This document shows, piece after piece, positions 14,644 to 25,706 of a stretch of DNA of 43,721 nucleotides. Positions within the stretch are counted from its first letter, which is position 1; each line of letters starts with the position of its first letter. The position numbers were made by a program, and so were the translations under genes. The notes below the pieces were generated by a model. That model did no database searches. It was not told the DNA's origin and saw only the letters and a program-made list of their open reading frames with translations. The stretch covers positions 1-43,721 of the forward strand of contig ADNK01001402.1 of the NCBI GenBank assembly GCA_000320545.1, in the 5' to 3' direction. Source of the stretch: Bigelowiella natans CCMP2755 (Eukaryota; Protista; Cercozoa).

Positions 14644-17642
14644 TATAGCGCACATGCTTGTTGTGCAGGCTACAGGAGCACACGTCCTTAGCGTGCTTGA
14701 GGCATGCAAGATTGGGCGAGCAGGGGCAAAAGACCGCTGACACGTACAGGGGATATTTGCACACGGCGCAGTGATGCTGCGAGTTGCCGTTGGGAGCTCC
14801 ATACCTGCAACAAACAAGTCGTCCAGTATTATGAGAGTAACATCGTGAGAAGCAGTGCGCAACAACTTGGAACGAATTCTTCTATTTTCATCCCCTCCCC
14901 TTCCCTCTCCCCATTCTTTCTTTTCAAAAATATATTCTGTTTCCTACTCTGAGCGGAGAAACGCGAGCACGGAATTGTCCTTAGAATCCTTGGGGTCATT
15001 GCAAAGCGATACTGAAGGAGCAGCAGCAGCAGCAGCAGAATCGTTGGTATCATCACCATCATTCTTTCTGCTTTCTGCGGCGATGTCGTCACCCTTCTCG
15101 CCAGTAGGAGAAAGCTCGCTGCTAGCACCCAGGTTTGCATCATCAAGAGTAGCAGCGGCAGCAGCAGCAGCAGCAGCAGCGGTAGGTATCATGTCTTTAT
15201 TTTCCCCTTTCGTCTTCCCGCCTTCTCCCTCAGAGCCACCACCAGCAGAAAAACCTCCAAGCTCCCGAGAGGTGACCGGCAAGAGACGGCCCTTTTCTAG
15301 CCCGCCGTCCCTGTTCTTCCAATCGTTCTTGTGCACGACGTTGCGATACTTGCGCTTTCGTGGCTTCTTCCTCGCTCCAGGGATATTGCGGAGCGGCTCC
15401 TTGGGCCAACGTGCCTCGGTCGTGAGGCCTTCTGTCCACAGCACTAATCGTCGATGATACCTATCGTTGCCATCATAACAAGCAGCAGCAGCAGCAGCAG
15501 CAGTATCCGTTAGTGTTACTGGGTTGTGATTGTAGTTGTTGTTGTTGTTGTCGAGTTTGGGGTTCTCGTTGGTATTGCTCTGTCTTTCCCTCGTCAATTC
15601 CGACACGATGATACTGTTGATCGTGCCATAGACGAAAATAGCCGGTAGACGGTGTTGTAGTCGCGTGTGTATGTGCGCACGTGTGCAAGGTGCACTTGTG
15701 TGGGTGGATTTACCTCTCCCGGCTATCATCTACTATCTAAATGGGAACATAAGAAATACGAATATAACATCACGTACTCTTCGTTGCGCACACGGCGCAG
15801 GCTTGTCTGGATCCATGCTGCGTTCTCAACTGACGGGTGGTTGAGCGCAATGCGTACTAGGAGCTCGTCGTGAGAGAAAACCGGAATTCTGCGAAATCTC
15901 CTGTAATGCTCCACGGCCCTCGTGCCCCATGACATCCAGTCCGGACACGCAAAGTTTACGGCCTACTCAATCCCATAACAGCAAGTGGCGAGAGACGGGA
16001 AGACGGCGTATGTGATAGGAGCTTCAATGATTTTGTAAAGGAGGTTTTTCCTCGACAAAATACTACCACTACTACTACTACTACCACGTAATAACTAGGC
16101 CGCACTATGATTCATATGCTATATAAACAATCGCAGCTACTACTACTGCTACTGCCACTACAACTAACTACTACCACGCTTACCGCATAGTAGAACCTAC
16201 CTACCTACCTACCTCTGCGACGTTGAAGCCGTAGTTAAAGCCAGCATGGTAAGCTTGGGGAAATGTCACAATGAACTCACCAGGCTTGTGCACCGCCTTG
16301 CAGACGGCCACTTTGTGCTTTTTCAGCGTTGTGGGGGCTACAAGAGTCACCAGTTGGTAGAGGAGGTCTGGCTGTTTGGCAAAGAGCTTCGGGTAGGTTT
16401 CGCGCATCATCTCCTCGAAACGATGTGCATGGTTGCCGGGAATACCGTACCACTGCTTGGGCGCGCCTCTATGATTGTAGCTTATGCTGTAGCAGTAGTG
16501 GTCCTCGTTGTGCCAGCAGAAGGAGGAGAAGCACATCCCGATGTACAGCCACGGGATCGTGATGCCCGCGATGTCGTCCAGATGTCGCAGCACGGAGTTC
16601 TGCGCCCGCGCTAGGTTGTTCAAATTCCATGGGTGCTCGCCGTATGCCCCCTCCTTCGGGAATCCGCTCCCCAGCTCTGTCACGTCGAGCTCACTGCCGT
16701 ACTCCACCTCCACGAACGGCTTGCCTTTCTGCACGATGTTCCAGAAGGTCCGCTCTACCATAGATCGCGGCACTGAGTCGGCGTGCTGACCCTCCTTTAC
16801 AGAGAACCAGGCCTTCTTGAACCTGTCCCCCCGCGCTTGATACCCGTTGAGTGTGTACTGATTACCATTTCCGAATCCGAACGACTGCTTCTTGTACTCC
16901 ACGCACACCCTGCAGGTCCAGGGCCCGTCAGGCCGTTGCATGAGGGGCGGGGAGAGGCAGTACATGTGCGAGGTTCTCTTGCACTCGGAACAGGCAATCA
17001 TCTTGTCCTGATCAATCGTGCTGGAGCACTTTGAGCATTTAGGGACTCTTCGAAACACCCGCTTTTTTACTTTTGCTTCAGGGATAGCGGCGGTTGGATT
17101 CGTAGAATGCTTTTCATCTTCCGGGGCTTCCACTTCCATGGACGATTGCAGCTCCTCATCCTCTCCATTAGCGCGGGCGTGCGCTCCAAGACGGTCAATT
17201 CGCTGGAGTCGTGTAGGAAGATTTTTTGCTACATCCATGCTGAAGGGAGGCTGTGAACACATCAAAGTGGTTAAATGGGAGAATAACCGAAATTAATAGC
17301 GTGGTAAGCAAGCGGCATCGTCTCTGCTTTGCAACGCGTTATATGATATTTATATCTTCAAAGTCTGTGAATGACTGTATTTCATCTATGGAAATTATTC
17401 GTCGAAAAGTAAAATAATTGCATACTGAAGCTCCGATCCAATATTCGTTGTGAAGTGTAAAACACGCACAAAAAGACTCAAAAAATTAGTCTCACCTCCC
17501 ATCCCTTAGGTGGAATAATCTTGCAGATACCATACCCTTGACATCTTTTTCGAATAGATTGAATGTACAGTAAAGGATCGTCATTCCATTCCTCCTTGGA
17601 CGGTCGAAAAACGGGCGCATCTGGGATGCTGCTATTGCTCAT
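6594..17642 (-). CDS. KDM5: KDM5/JARID1-family H3K4 demethylase: JmjN-PHD-JmjC-zf-C5HC2-PLU-1-like helical region-PHD-PHD, multi-exon, no ARID
   Basis: JmjN exon 17642-17496 (IPDAPVFRPSKEEW...YGICKIIPPKGWE|PPF...TRLQRIDRL). Exon 17250-16213 carries PHD1 (CSKC...CSEC...HMYC...CRVC) and JmjC with WHNEDH, APKQWY and YHAGFN, continuing into AVNFACPDW...VFSHDELL. C5HC2 exon at ~14806-14646 (CAVCKYPLYVSAVFCPC...CLKH...CSC). PHD2 at ~8735-8620 (YCVCRRPD...ISCDFCQQWYHGTCV...FRCPKC). PHD3 split by the last intron (LYCVCKTPYDEGAFM|IGCDKCADWFHPKC...CKNC), stop TGA at 6596-6594. The start codon is tentative. Confidence 0.93.
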
Positions 17643-18173
17643 AATTTGAACGAGCGGTGTTCTTACCGGTGCAGCTTTAGATTCTCCTTTGCAACGGTTT
17701 CAAAGTTGAATTTCGAGCGTAAAAATGAGGGTTAATAATAATGGTCGAGACGGTTTCCCTCTCTCGTCACAGATGACCAACAGGGGAAGGCTGGAAGACA
17801 GTAGTGGGTAAGGGTTAACTCAGGCCTCCTCCATTCCCTTCCGACTCAGACTATGATGCAGCATGTACGCAAGTTGTAATTATTTGATCAAATTTAGCCA
17901 GTTTATACATAACGTTAAACCTAAATCCCCTATCATCTTTTGCGATCTACAGACTTTCCATCCGGTGAGAGAATTTCAGATTTTGACTGATGTTAGTTCC
18001 TCGGACAACTGTTACAAACCGCCTTGATTTGGTCTTGGGAAAACATGTCAAGCATTTTCCAATCGATCTTTCCTGGTATTTTATGCTAAGACAACTGCAG
18101 AAGAGAAATCTTTTCCCCTTTCGCCATTCCAAAGCTATTTCCTTCTCTCCGTTCCGTTCTCCCTATGTCGCAG
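17643..18173. promoter_or_regulatory. Putative divergent promoter region between KDM5 (-) and the Cache-TPC gene (+)
   Basis: Head-to-head gene arrangement only. No core elements were identified, and both start codons are tentative. Confidence 0.3.
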
Positions 18174-19567
18174 ATGAGAAACGCAATGAGTGGAAACGGA
18201 GTAACTGTGAGACTACCTGAACGATGCTTTCAAATCATCGGTCCTCTCGATCTGATCTGCCCCGCTAGGATGATGAACTCGGAGCCGCCTGCCACGAACG
18301 TGAACGAAGGGAAACGGCCAACGTAGGAAAGCGGACACCGTAGAGCGCAAGTGCAACGGGCGGGAGGGGCAGATCGTAGAAAATGCACAAGCGGTGGTCG
18401 GCCCGCTTTACCGTCGGGCAGAAGCGACCCAATCATCGACGCAACCAGTCTGCCGGGGGAGTCCAGCTAGCCTCAGCTTTGTCGAGCTCATCAACGCGGC
18501 CGGTTGCCGGAGAGAAGAAAGTAAAATTGAGAAGAATATCATAAGCGTGTTTGGAAGGTTTGGTGCAGATTGTGCATGCGCACCTCCATGTTCCGGAATA
18601 ACCACCAGAACAACCTATTTTTTTCCGTATCGCAAATATTTTACGTGCAATTACCATATCTCATTCCATCCTTACCCCTTACCTTCCTGTATTCTACTCT
18701 CAAGACACACTCGAGGAGACGTACCGTCCAGTTCGATTTGGGCGGTTCTTCGCCACCGAAACCTGGGTAGCAGCAGCTTGTTAAGTGATAGTTAGATAGA
18801 GCTGTAAAGCGAGACAATTACTATCGGAATTAATAGGGAAACAATGATGTCGTTTATTCGTATTTTTCGTAGCCTTAGGACGATTGAGGAGATAAAGGAT
18901 GATTCGAAGCGATCTCCACCAGCTCGGTTTGAGGAATCGTCGCATGTAGTATCTGGGACAAGGGAGAAACGGTAACTTTGGAAATCGAACACCTGCGTTT
19001 TTGGTGTTTGTACGCCGACTAATTGGTTATTAGTCCGTTCTTTATTTCTCTCTCTCTCGCTCTATCTCTCTCCAAATGAAAATTATTCTGTGCATCTGCA
19101 AGCTGTACTGCACTTAATCGATAATCAATTGATTGCGTTGGCGAACATCAACAGAGTGTATTCATCGCCAAGCGAGCGAGCTCCACCCATCAAGAATGGC
19201 CTCCATCCAAACCCAACAGGCTCGCCGGGAACCCGGCGGTAGTATTATGATGCCTGTCTGTGTATGTGGCATGTGCGTGCGTTCTTGCGTCTGAATCATG
19301 CTCGCACAGTAGAAAGCTCTCAAGTGCGTTCTTCATGACCCCTCATACTTCGAACGTTATGAATAGTCGGTCGGCAATCAGTTTCAGCCTATCCACAACT
19401 CGATGTTCAATTATTTTTACCTTTAGTTGTTCTTTCTTATTTCTACACACCTCTTCATTTCCTTCTCCCCGCACTCCCTGGTAAATCTCTAATTCTTCTG
19501 TGCGATGTGTGCGTAGCCGCCGGGCGAATACAGATATGCCGAGAAGAGAAAGGAGGTAGGCACTGAT

Positions 19568-19613
<46 letters not shown>

Positions 19614-19861
19614 CCTCCCCCTTCCTCCCTCTTTCTGTGGATCTTAGCTACTGAGTCACTAAAAGATATTCGAGTGCTTTTATCATCACCCAAATGTAGA
19701 ATGTGCAACTTACTGTCCGATTCCTGTTTTCTCTCTGCCTGCTTCCCAGGATGAATATCGCTACCATGGACGCTCCGATATTAGGCCAACAGAGCGTTTT
19801 TTTGAATAAGATCCAGCGGTATTACAAGAAGAAACGTGCAGCTGCTGATCAATACAGGTTT

Positions 19862-19892
<31 letters not shown>

Positions 19893-22800
19893 CTCTAATG
19901 TTTGTTTGAGTAGAGAATCTATAAATTCAGAAAGTTCATCATTTCTTCTTTGTCGTAAAATTTCCATTCAGTCTCCCGTGACATCGAGAGGAAATAAAAA
20001 ATTACAAAAACGAAAACTAGAACATTATAGAATATTGTCTCGAGGATGCATTATTTAACGCCCCTCCCCCTCATTTCCATCTTCCTCACACATATACAAA
20101 ATATTTATCATAAGATACTGAAACTTGAAATACGATTATTCATCTATGCCTTGATAATGTCCATACCTGCCTCTCTCTCGCGCGCACACACATTACACAC
20201 AAACACACACACGCAATTATGACCATACAGCCCTAGCTTTGATCCAAGCTCGGCGGACAACGTGGAGTTGGCTCAGGAGCTCGCCCAGCTGCCGTTTCGT
20301 CGGGTTCAGCCGGACATCCAGCGGGTGATCTTGGGCCTCAAGTTCCTCATAGAATTGGGAGTATTCAGGAGCGCAGCGGACGATTCATCGGACACTGATC
20401 TGAAACTGAAAAAGTGCTCTCATGCCTGAGAAATTGATGGAAATTGCATGCATGAGGGTGGTGGAGAACGATCCGCGGTGTGTGCCTCGAGTTATTCCTC
20501 TTATTGAGCTTGCTTGAGTTGCATTTGTTTGGCTGTTTACCTGCTTCGCCAGCCTTTCTCAAGAGCAATTGCATTGATTCCAGGTATCACAAGGAGCAGG
20601 AGACTGACGACCCAGACTACGTTTCGCCAGCCCAAAGCAGGCAAGTTGTAATGGCGCACCGTAAGCAACAGGGTTTTTCCGGAATGTCACGCAAGATCCT
20701 AGAGGGCTCTGTTATGCTATCGACACTGCGCGCTAGTCAGAAAAGAAGCACCGCCAAACGGAAGGCGGCCCCCAACCGCGATACGAACATGCTGAAGTCG
20801 CTGGCTGCTGGGGTGTTTCCCCTGAAGGAGCTTGCAATCCCACATCGAACCAGAACCCACTACCACGCACTTCTCACGTCCTCCATTGCTGACCTCAGCT
20901 GGAATGCCTCGAGGCTCGAGGCGCACGCATTCTTCCACCTATGCATCTTTATGAACCGCAAGGTGTCCAAGTATTACGACCGAATGCATGCTGGAGGAGG
21001 AGGAGGAAGGCATGGTCAGTCAATGGTAAACGCAGATGCTAATTCCGAGCAGAAGAATACCGGTGCCTGGCGCGGTGCATCTAGGATAAACTTCGAACCT
21101 GAGAGTCCAGAAAACCCGGAGTTGCGAGGGATGAAGTATATGAGCTGGCTCCTGCTCGAGATTAGTCGGCTGCGGAGGACAGAAGACTCTTTTCACGTGG
21201 ACTCTGATACTGGGTAGCATTATAGATAATATCATGTCTTCCAGAGAGAGGGGGGAGAGTAGCAGCATGCCGTGTGGTTCAGTCGGTGCACCTCATTTCA
21301 ATGTAATAAGAAAGCAGTGCAGCAAGCTCAGAAGCTTGTGCGAGGGCTTGAGTCGCCGAAGAATGACTGGATCAATGCTACTTATGCCCCCCCCCCCCCC
21401 CCCCCAATAAAAGGTACATGTCGACGTACCACTTGATGGAGAGCGGACTCGACCGAATCCAGCTTGAAAATCTGTCCTCCGCCGCGATGTACACGTCGAA
21501 TTGGCTTGAAAGAAGCTGGCGCGCAATCGACTTGCTGCCTGTCGTTTGGCAGAACAACACGGTGGACTGGAGCTCCCTTCTCCCGATCAAAAGCCAGATG
21601 GAGTTCGCCGCAGCGCACATTGACTTTTTCTCGCTCGCAGGGGTAACGGTCGCGCAGCTCAATTCATCGCAGTTCTACGCTGCCGTGGAGCTTGATAGCT
21701 TGGGCATCGTGCTGAGGAACGGTAGCTCTGAGCTGGGCTACTACTCGCAACTTCCGTGGCGAAACAGCAGCGAATCGCAATCTCTTCTAGAGTCATCTGG
21801 CTCACTCCCCACCACCACCACGCACTCTGCAGCTTCCTATGACCCCCGCAACATGACGTGGTTTCAACAGGCCCTTGGTAGCGACGGTCAAGTATGGGCG
21901 CCAATGCGACAACTTGATCTTCGGAACATCACTGGGATCAGCCTGTCAAGGAGCCTGAGGGTCAACGACTCACTCGTGGGAGCGATGGCGGTCGATCTGG
22001 ACCTCCGGAAACTGTGCGACTTGCTCTCCTCGCGCATCGAGCTGTACGACAAGAGCATGGTGTTTGTGAGCGACCGCTCGTGGAACGTTCTCGCTGCCTC
22101 CTTAGACCGGCTGAGTTGTCACGATGGGGAGCTGACAGGGTTAGGGAAGACTCTTCGGGCAGATAGTACTCTTCTGAGCGCCACCAAGGAGTAATCGTTG
22201 TTAACTAACTAGAAGCATTGGTTATCGTTCCTCTCTCTTCTCGTCCTTCTCTCTTCAACTTCTCCCTCCCCTACGTGCATAATCTTTAACCCGACCATAG
22301 GTACCTGGTTCGGGAGTTTCCATCGGGTCTTTCGACCTCCTCCTCCAGCACGATGTTCATGGACGGAAAGTCGCTAACTTACAGGCAATTCAGCAACATC
22401 GATTACCCGGGGAATCGCTATCCGATAGTCGCAACGGTGGCAAACTTCGAGGTTTTGGGTCTTGAGCTAAGCATTGTTGTTTCGAGCAGCCCCGAGCCTT
22501 TCACAGACCAGGTTACGATACTGCTGCTGCTGATGATGATGATGATACTGAGAATGTCATGATAACCATAGTTCTCCCACCCTCTTTCTCCCCCCCTCTC
22601 ACAATCAACAAAAACGAACGAAAAGCCACTCATTTGGTTGCATTTGTTTGTCCCGACTCCCCCCCTGAATGATAGCTGGTGTCAATCGGCTGGATAGCGC
22701 TCTCCACAGGGCTGATCAGCATAATCATTGTCCTCCTCATATCCTGTTTCCACTGCGGAGAGAACCAGAAGTTCGGTGAGGAGGCGTGGTACGGTGGTGC

Positions 22801-23337
22801 AGCAGCCCGCAGCAGCGCTGCCAACAACGGCCTGCTGCACTCCTGGATGAAGATCTTCAAGACCACCATCGGCGAGAAAAAGAAAGATGGTTTCGATCCC
22901 GACATCAGGCGCAAGTATGAGAATTTGATCGGCATGACGGATTGGGGGGGAGGGGGAGGGGGAGGAGGAGGAGGAGGAGGAGGAGGAGGAGGAGGAAGAT
23001 GCGGTGGCAGAAGGCGTTGGCGTTATATAATATCATCAAACGCAGGACACTCACACACTCACTCACTCACTCACTCACTAATTTCCTGTTTCTCACATGC
23101 GCGTTTGTAAGGTTTAAGGAGTTCAGGCGAGCTCGAAAGCACCTCCATGATAAGCTGCAAGCGGTGTTGGTGCAAGAAGAACTCGCTGTGGTAGAGGCTG
23201 AGGTGGGTAGGATAGTAGCGTCTCTCTCTTTTGTGAAACTCATCATACGATGATTGTGCAAGAAGAGAATGTTGGTCTTGGCACAGAGCCATTGGTGTTT
23301 GAACAATTTTTGTTGCTTTTAGATTTAATGTGGCCCC

Positions 23338-23383
<46 letters not shown>

Positions 23384-23768
23384 CTTGAATGTAAAATAGG
23401 GAGCTGGTACCGCGAAGGAAAAAGTAGACGGTGAAACGGAAAAGTCAATGAGCGACGAGAAACACGGGCACATTCGAACTCAAATAATGCATCAGAAATC
23501 ACACAGCGGTGACAGCTCTTCAACCTCGTTGACAGATAGCAAGGTTTGCAGATTGTGGATGCACGTTTTTGTGTTGTTCGCTGGTCAATTACTCCTCAAA
23601 GTTGGTGGCTCATACAAAGAAGCACAAAAAGGATACCTATTCTACGTGACATGCACATCTGCATAATTGTACGAGGCGATGCATGATTTGGAGAATTGTC
23701 GAGATCACTATGTCGCAAGCTTTCCTTCTATCTCTCACGCACATAGTTATATATTCATACATTGATAT

Positions 23769-23814
<46 letters not shown>

Positions 23815-24076
23815 CGATGTAAAGGGTAGTCTTTCTTCCCAGCGAGCAGCCGTCGATAAAGGGTCACTCCAATCTGCAGGGAGAAGAAGATCGACAATGG
23901 GACGGACATCGAGCATTTTGGGTCCCATTTCCGAATCGACTATCAGGTAATCGTCGTCGCCCAAGAGGCCACAATTCTAGTCAATATAAAAAGGGAATTG
24001 GCAAGTTTTATTTCTTCTTGCCTTTTCCCTTTTACATTCCATCTTTGTTCTATTTGCTTTTTTTCCTATCCCCCCT

Positions 24077-24157
<81 letters not shown>

Positions 24158-24189
24158 ATATCTTCACTTCCCTTTTCATGTTGCAAGGC

Positions 24190-24222
<33 letters not shown>

Positions 24223-24338
24223 GGTGGTAGTAGCCCGTGTATATATGATTTGGTTCGTCGAGCAGGCAAAAATGTCGCGCCCTATGATTTAATGATAGTC
24301 CTAATGAGTTAGATCCCTAATATCTTGCTCATCCTTCC

Positions 24339-24382
<44 letters not shown>

Positions 24383-24633
24383 CTCCCCTCCCTCTCTTGT
24401 TTCTCTCCCTCCCACTTGCTATGCAATCTAGCATTTCCTCTGCAGTCGCTTTTGCACTCGTAGCCATTGTCTTCTTTATAGCTATTATTAGCTATGATTT
24501 GGAGACGAGTCGATACGCGAAAGAGTTTTGGGAGAGAAGCGCAAGGGAGATTAAACAGAGGAGCTGGTCAGGGCTCGACCACGTCAATGCCGTCTCGCAG
24601 TCAGCTGCCACGTATGTTCTCTTATATTTCTCT

Positions 24634-24681
<48 letters not shown>

Positions 24682-25664
24682 TCTCTGAGCGTGTGGGTGC
24701 TTGGCTCCTTCGTCCATGACCAGTAAACTGACACCGATTGTCGTTTCCCGCCCCCCTTCCGCACCCCACAAGTCAAGTACAACGCGAACGTTTCACCCCG
24801 TCTCTCATCAAACACTCCTCTCACCCTGCCAAATGTTCTCAGCTACATAAAGATGCTCGACGACTTCGGATGGCTGACACAGAGCTCGACGTATAATGAG
24901 ACATACGACCGTGTGCTAGTGCGAACGATGCGAGCCTGGACAACCAATAACCACTCGAGCTTGATGGGCCTGATTGTCGTAAACAACGCAACGGCTAACG
25001 CTTCAGTCACTGGAGCGTTGTTCCTGCGTGGTGACCAGCCGCTTGACAGCGTCGAGAACAATCTCAAGATAATTGACGGCTCGCTGCGAACGGACGCTTA
25101 CGTGTAAGTAACCTACCATGTTATACGTGAATGCTCGAGAGCTTTTCCGAGCTCCCATATTTGTATTGTTAATTCACAGAATAAAACAAGAGAGGAGGGG
25201 GAGGGGGGATGTGCGTTGCTTGCTGTTTGGTGACGAGTCCTTAATCTTGGTAACAAAAAGGTACTATGATACCAACCGGACGGCGTATGCGAACATCGGC
25301 AACGAGTACGCTCGTGGAGGGGGAGGGGAGGACTGCGCAGATTTCGGCACGTGGATGAATCTCTTGGCCAACCGGAGTGCGATGGTACCCTCACCGATAT
25401 ACCACACCTCTTTCTGTGTCTCGCGGCTCTTTCTCCAGTTCAACTTTGCTCGGAGCCTCAAGATCGCCCTAGAGGACCATAGTGCAGCACGCAGCGTTGT
25501 GATCATTCAGCGAATACAACCGCTGTCAACATTCCTACAGGGGACAACCGTTCCTTCCTTAAACTCCGTTGTTGTCGATGTCGTTACAACCGAAGGTCGG
25601 TTATCAGTGGCACCTCACTCACCCCGTCCTTAATGTTGTTCGTATATCCTCTCCCGTTCCCCCG

Positions 25665-25706
<42 letters not shown>

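Noticed and set aside
17756-17775. Possible 20-nt GT-AG mini-intron resembling nucleomorph introns
   Set aside because: It is a single unsupported instance in a probable promoter/UTR; all supported introns in the window are much longer.
19150-19420. Minus-strand protein-like frames (VPGEPVGFGWRPFLMGG..., KIIEHRVVDRLKLIADRLF)
   Set aside because: The same bases form phase-consistent plus-strand exons of the Cache-TPC gene, and no minus-strand exon chain could be built.
20480-20583. Signal-peptide-like start MCLELFLLLSLLELHLFGC of the listed ORF
   Set aside because: It starts at GTG inside a predicted intron (donor at 20414, acceptor ...gattccag near 20584) and is probably the pyrimidine-rich acceptor tract. 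It is not formally excluded as an alternative start.
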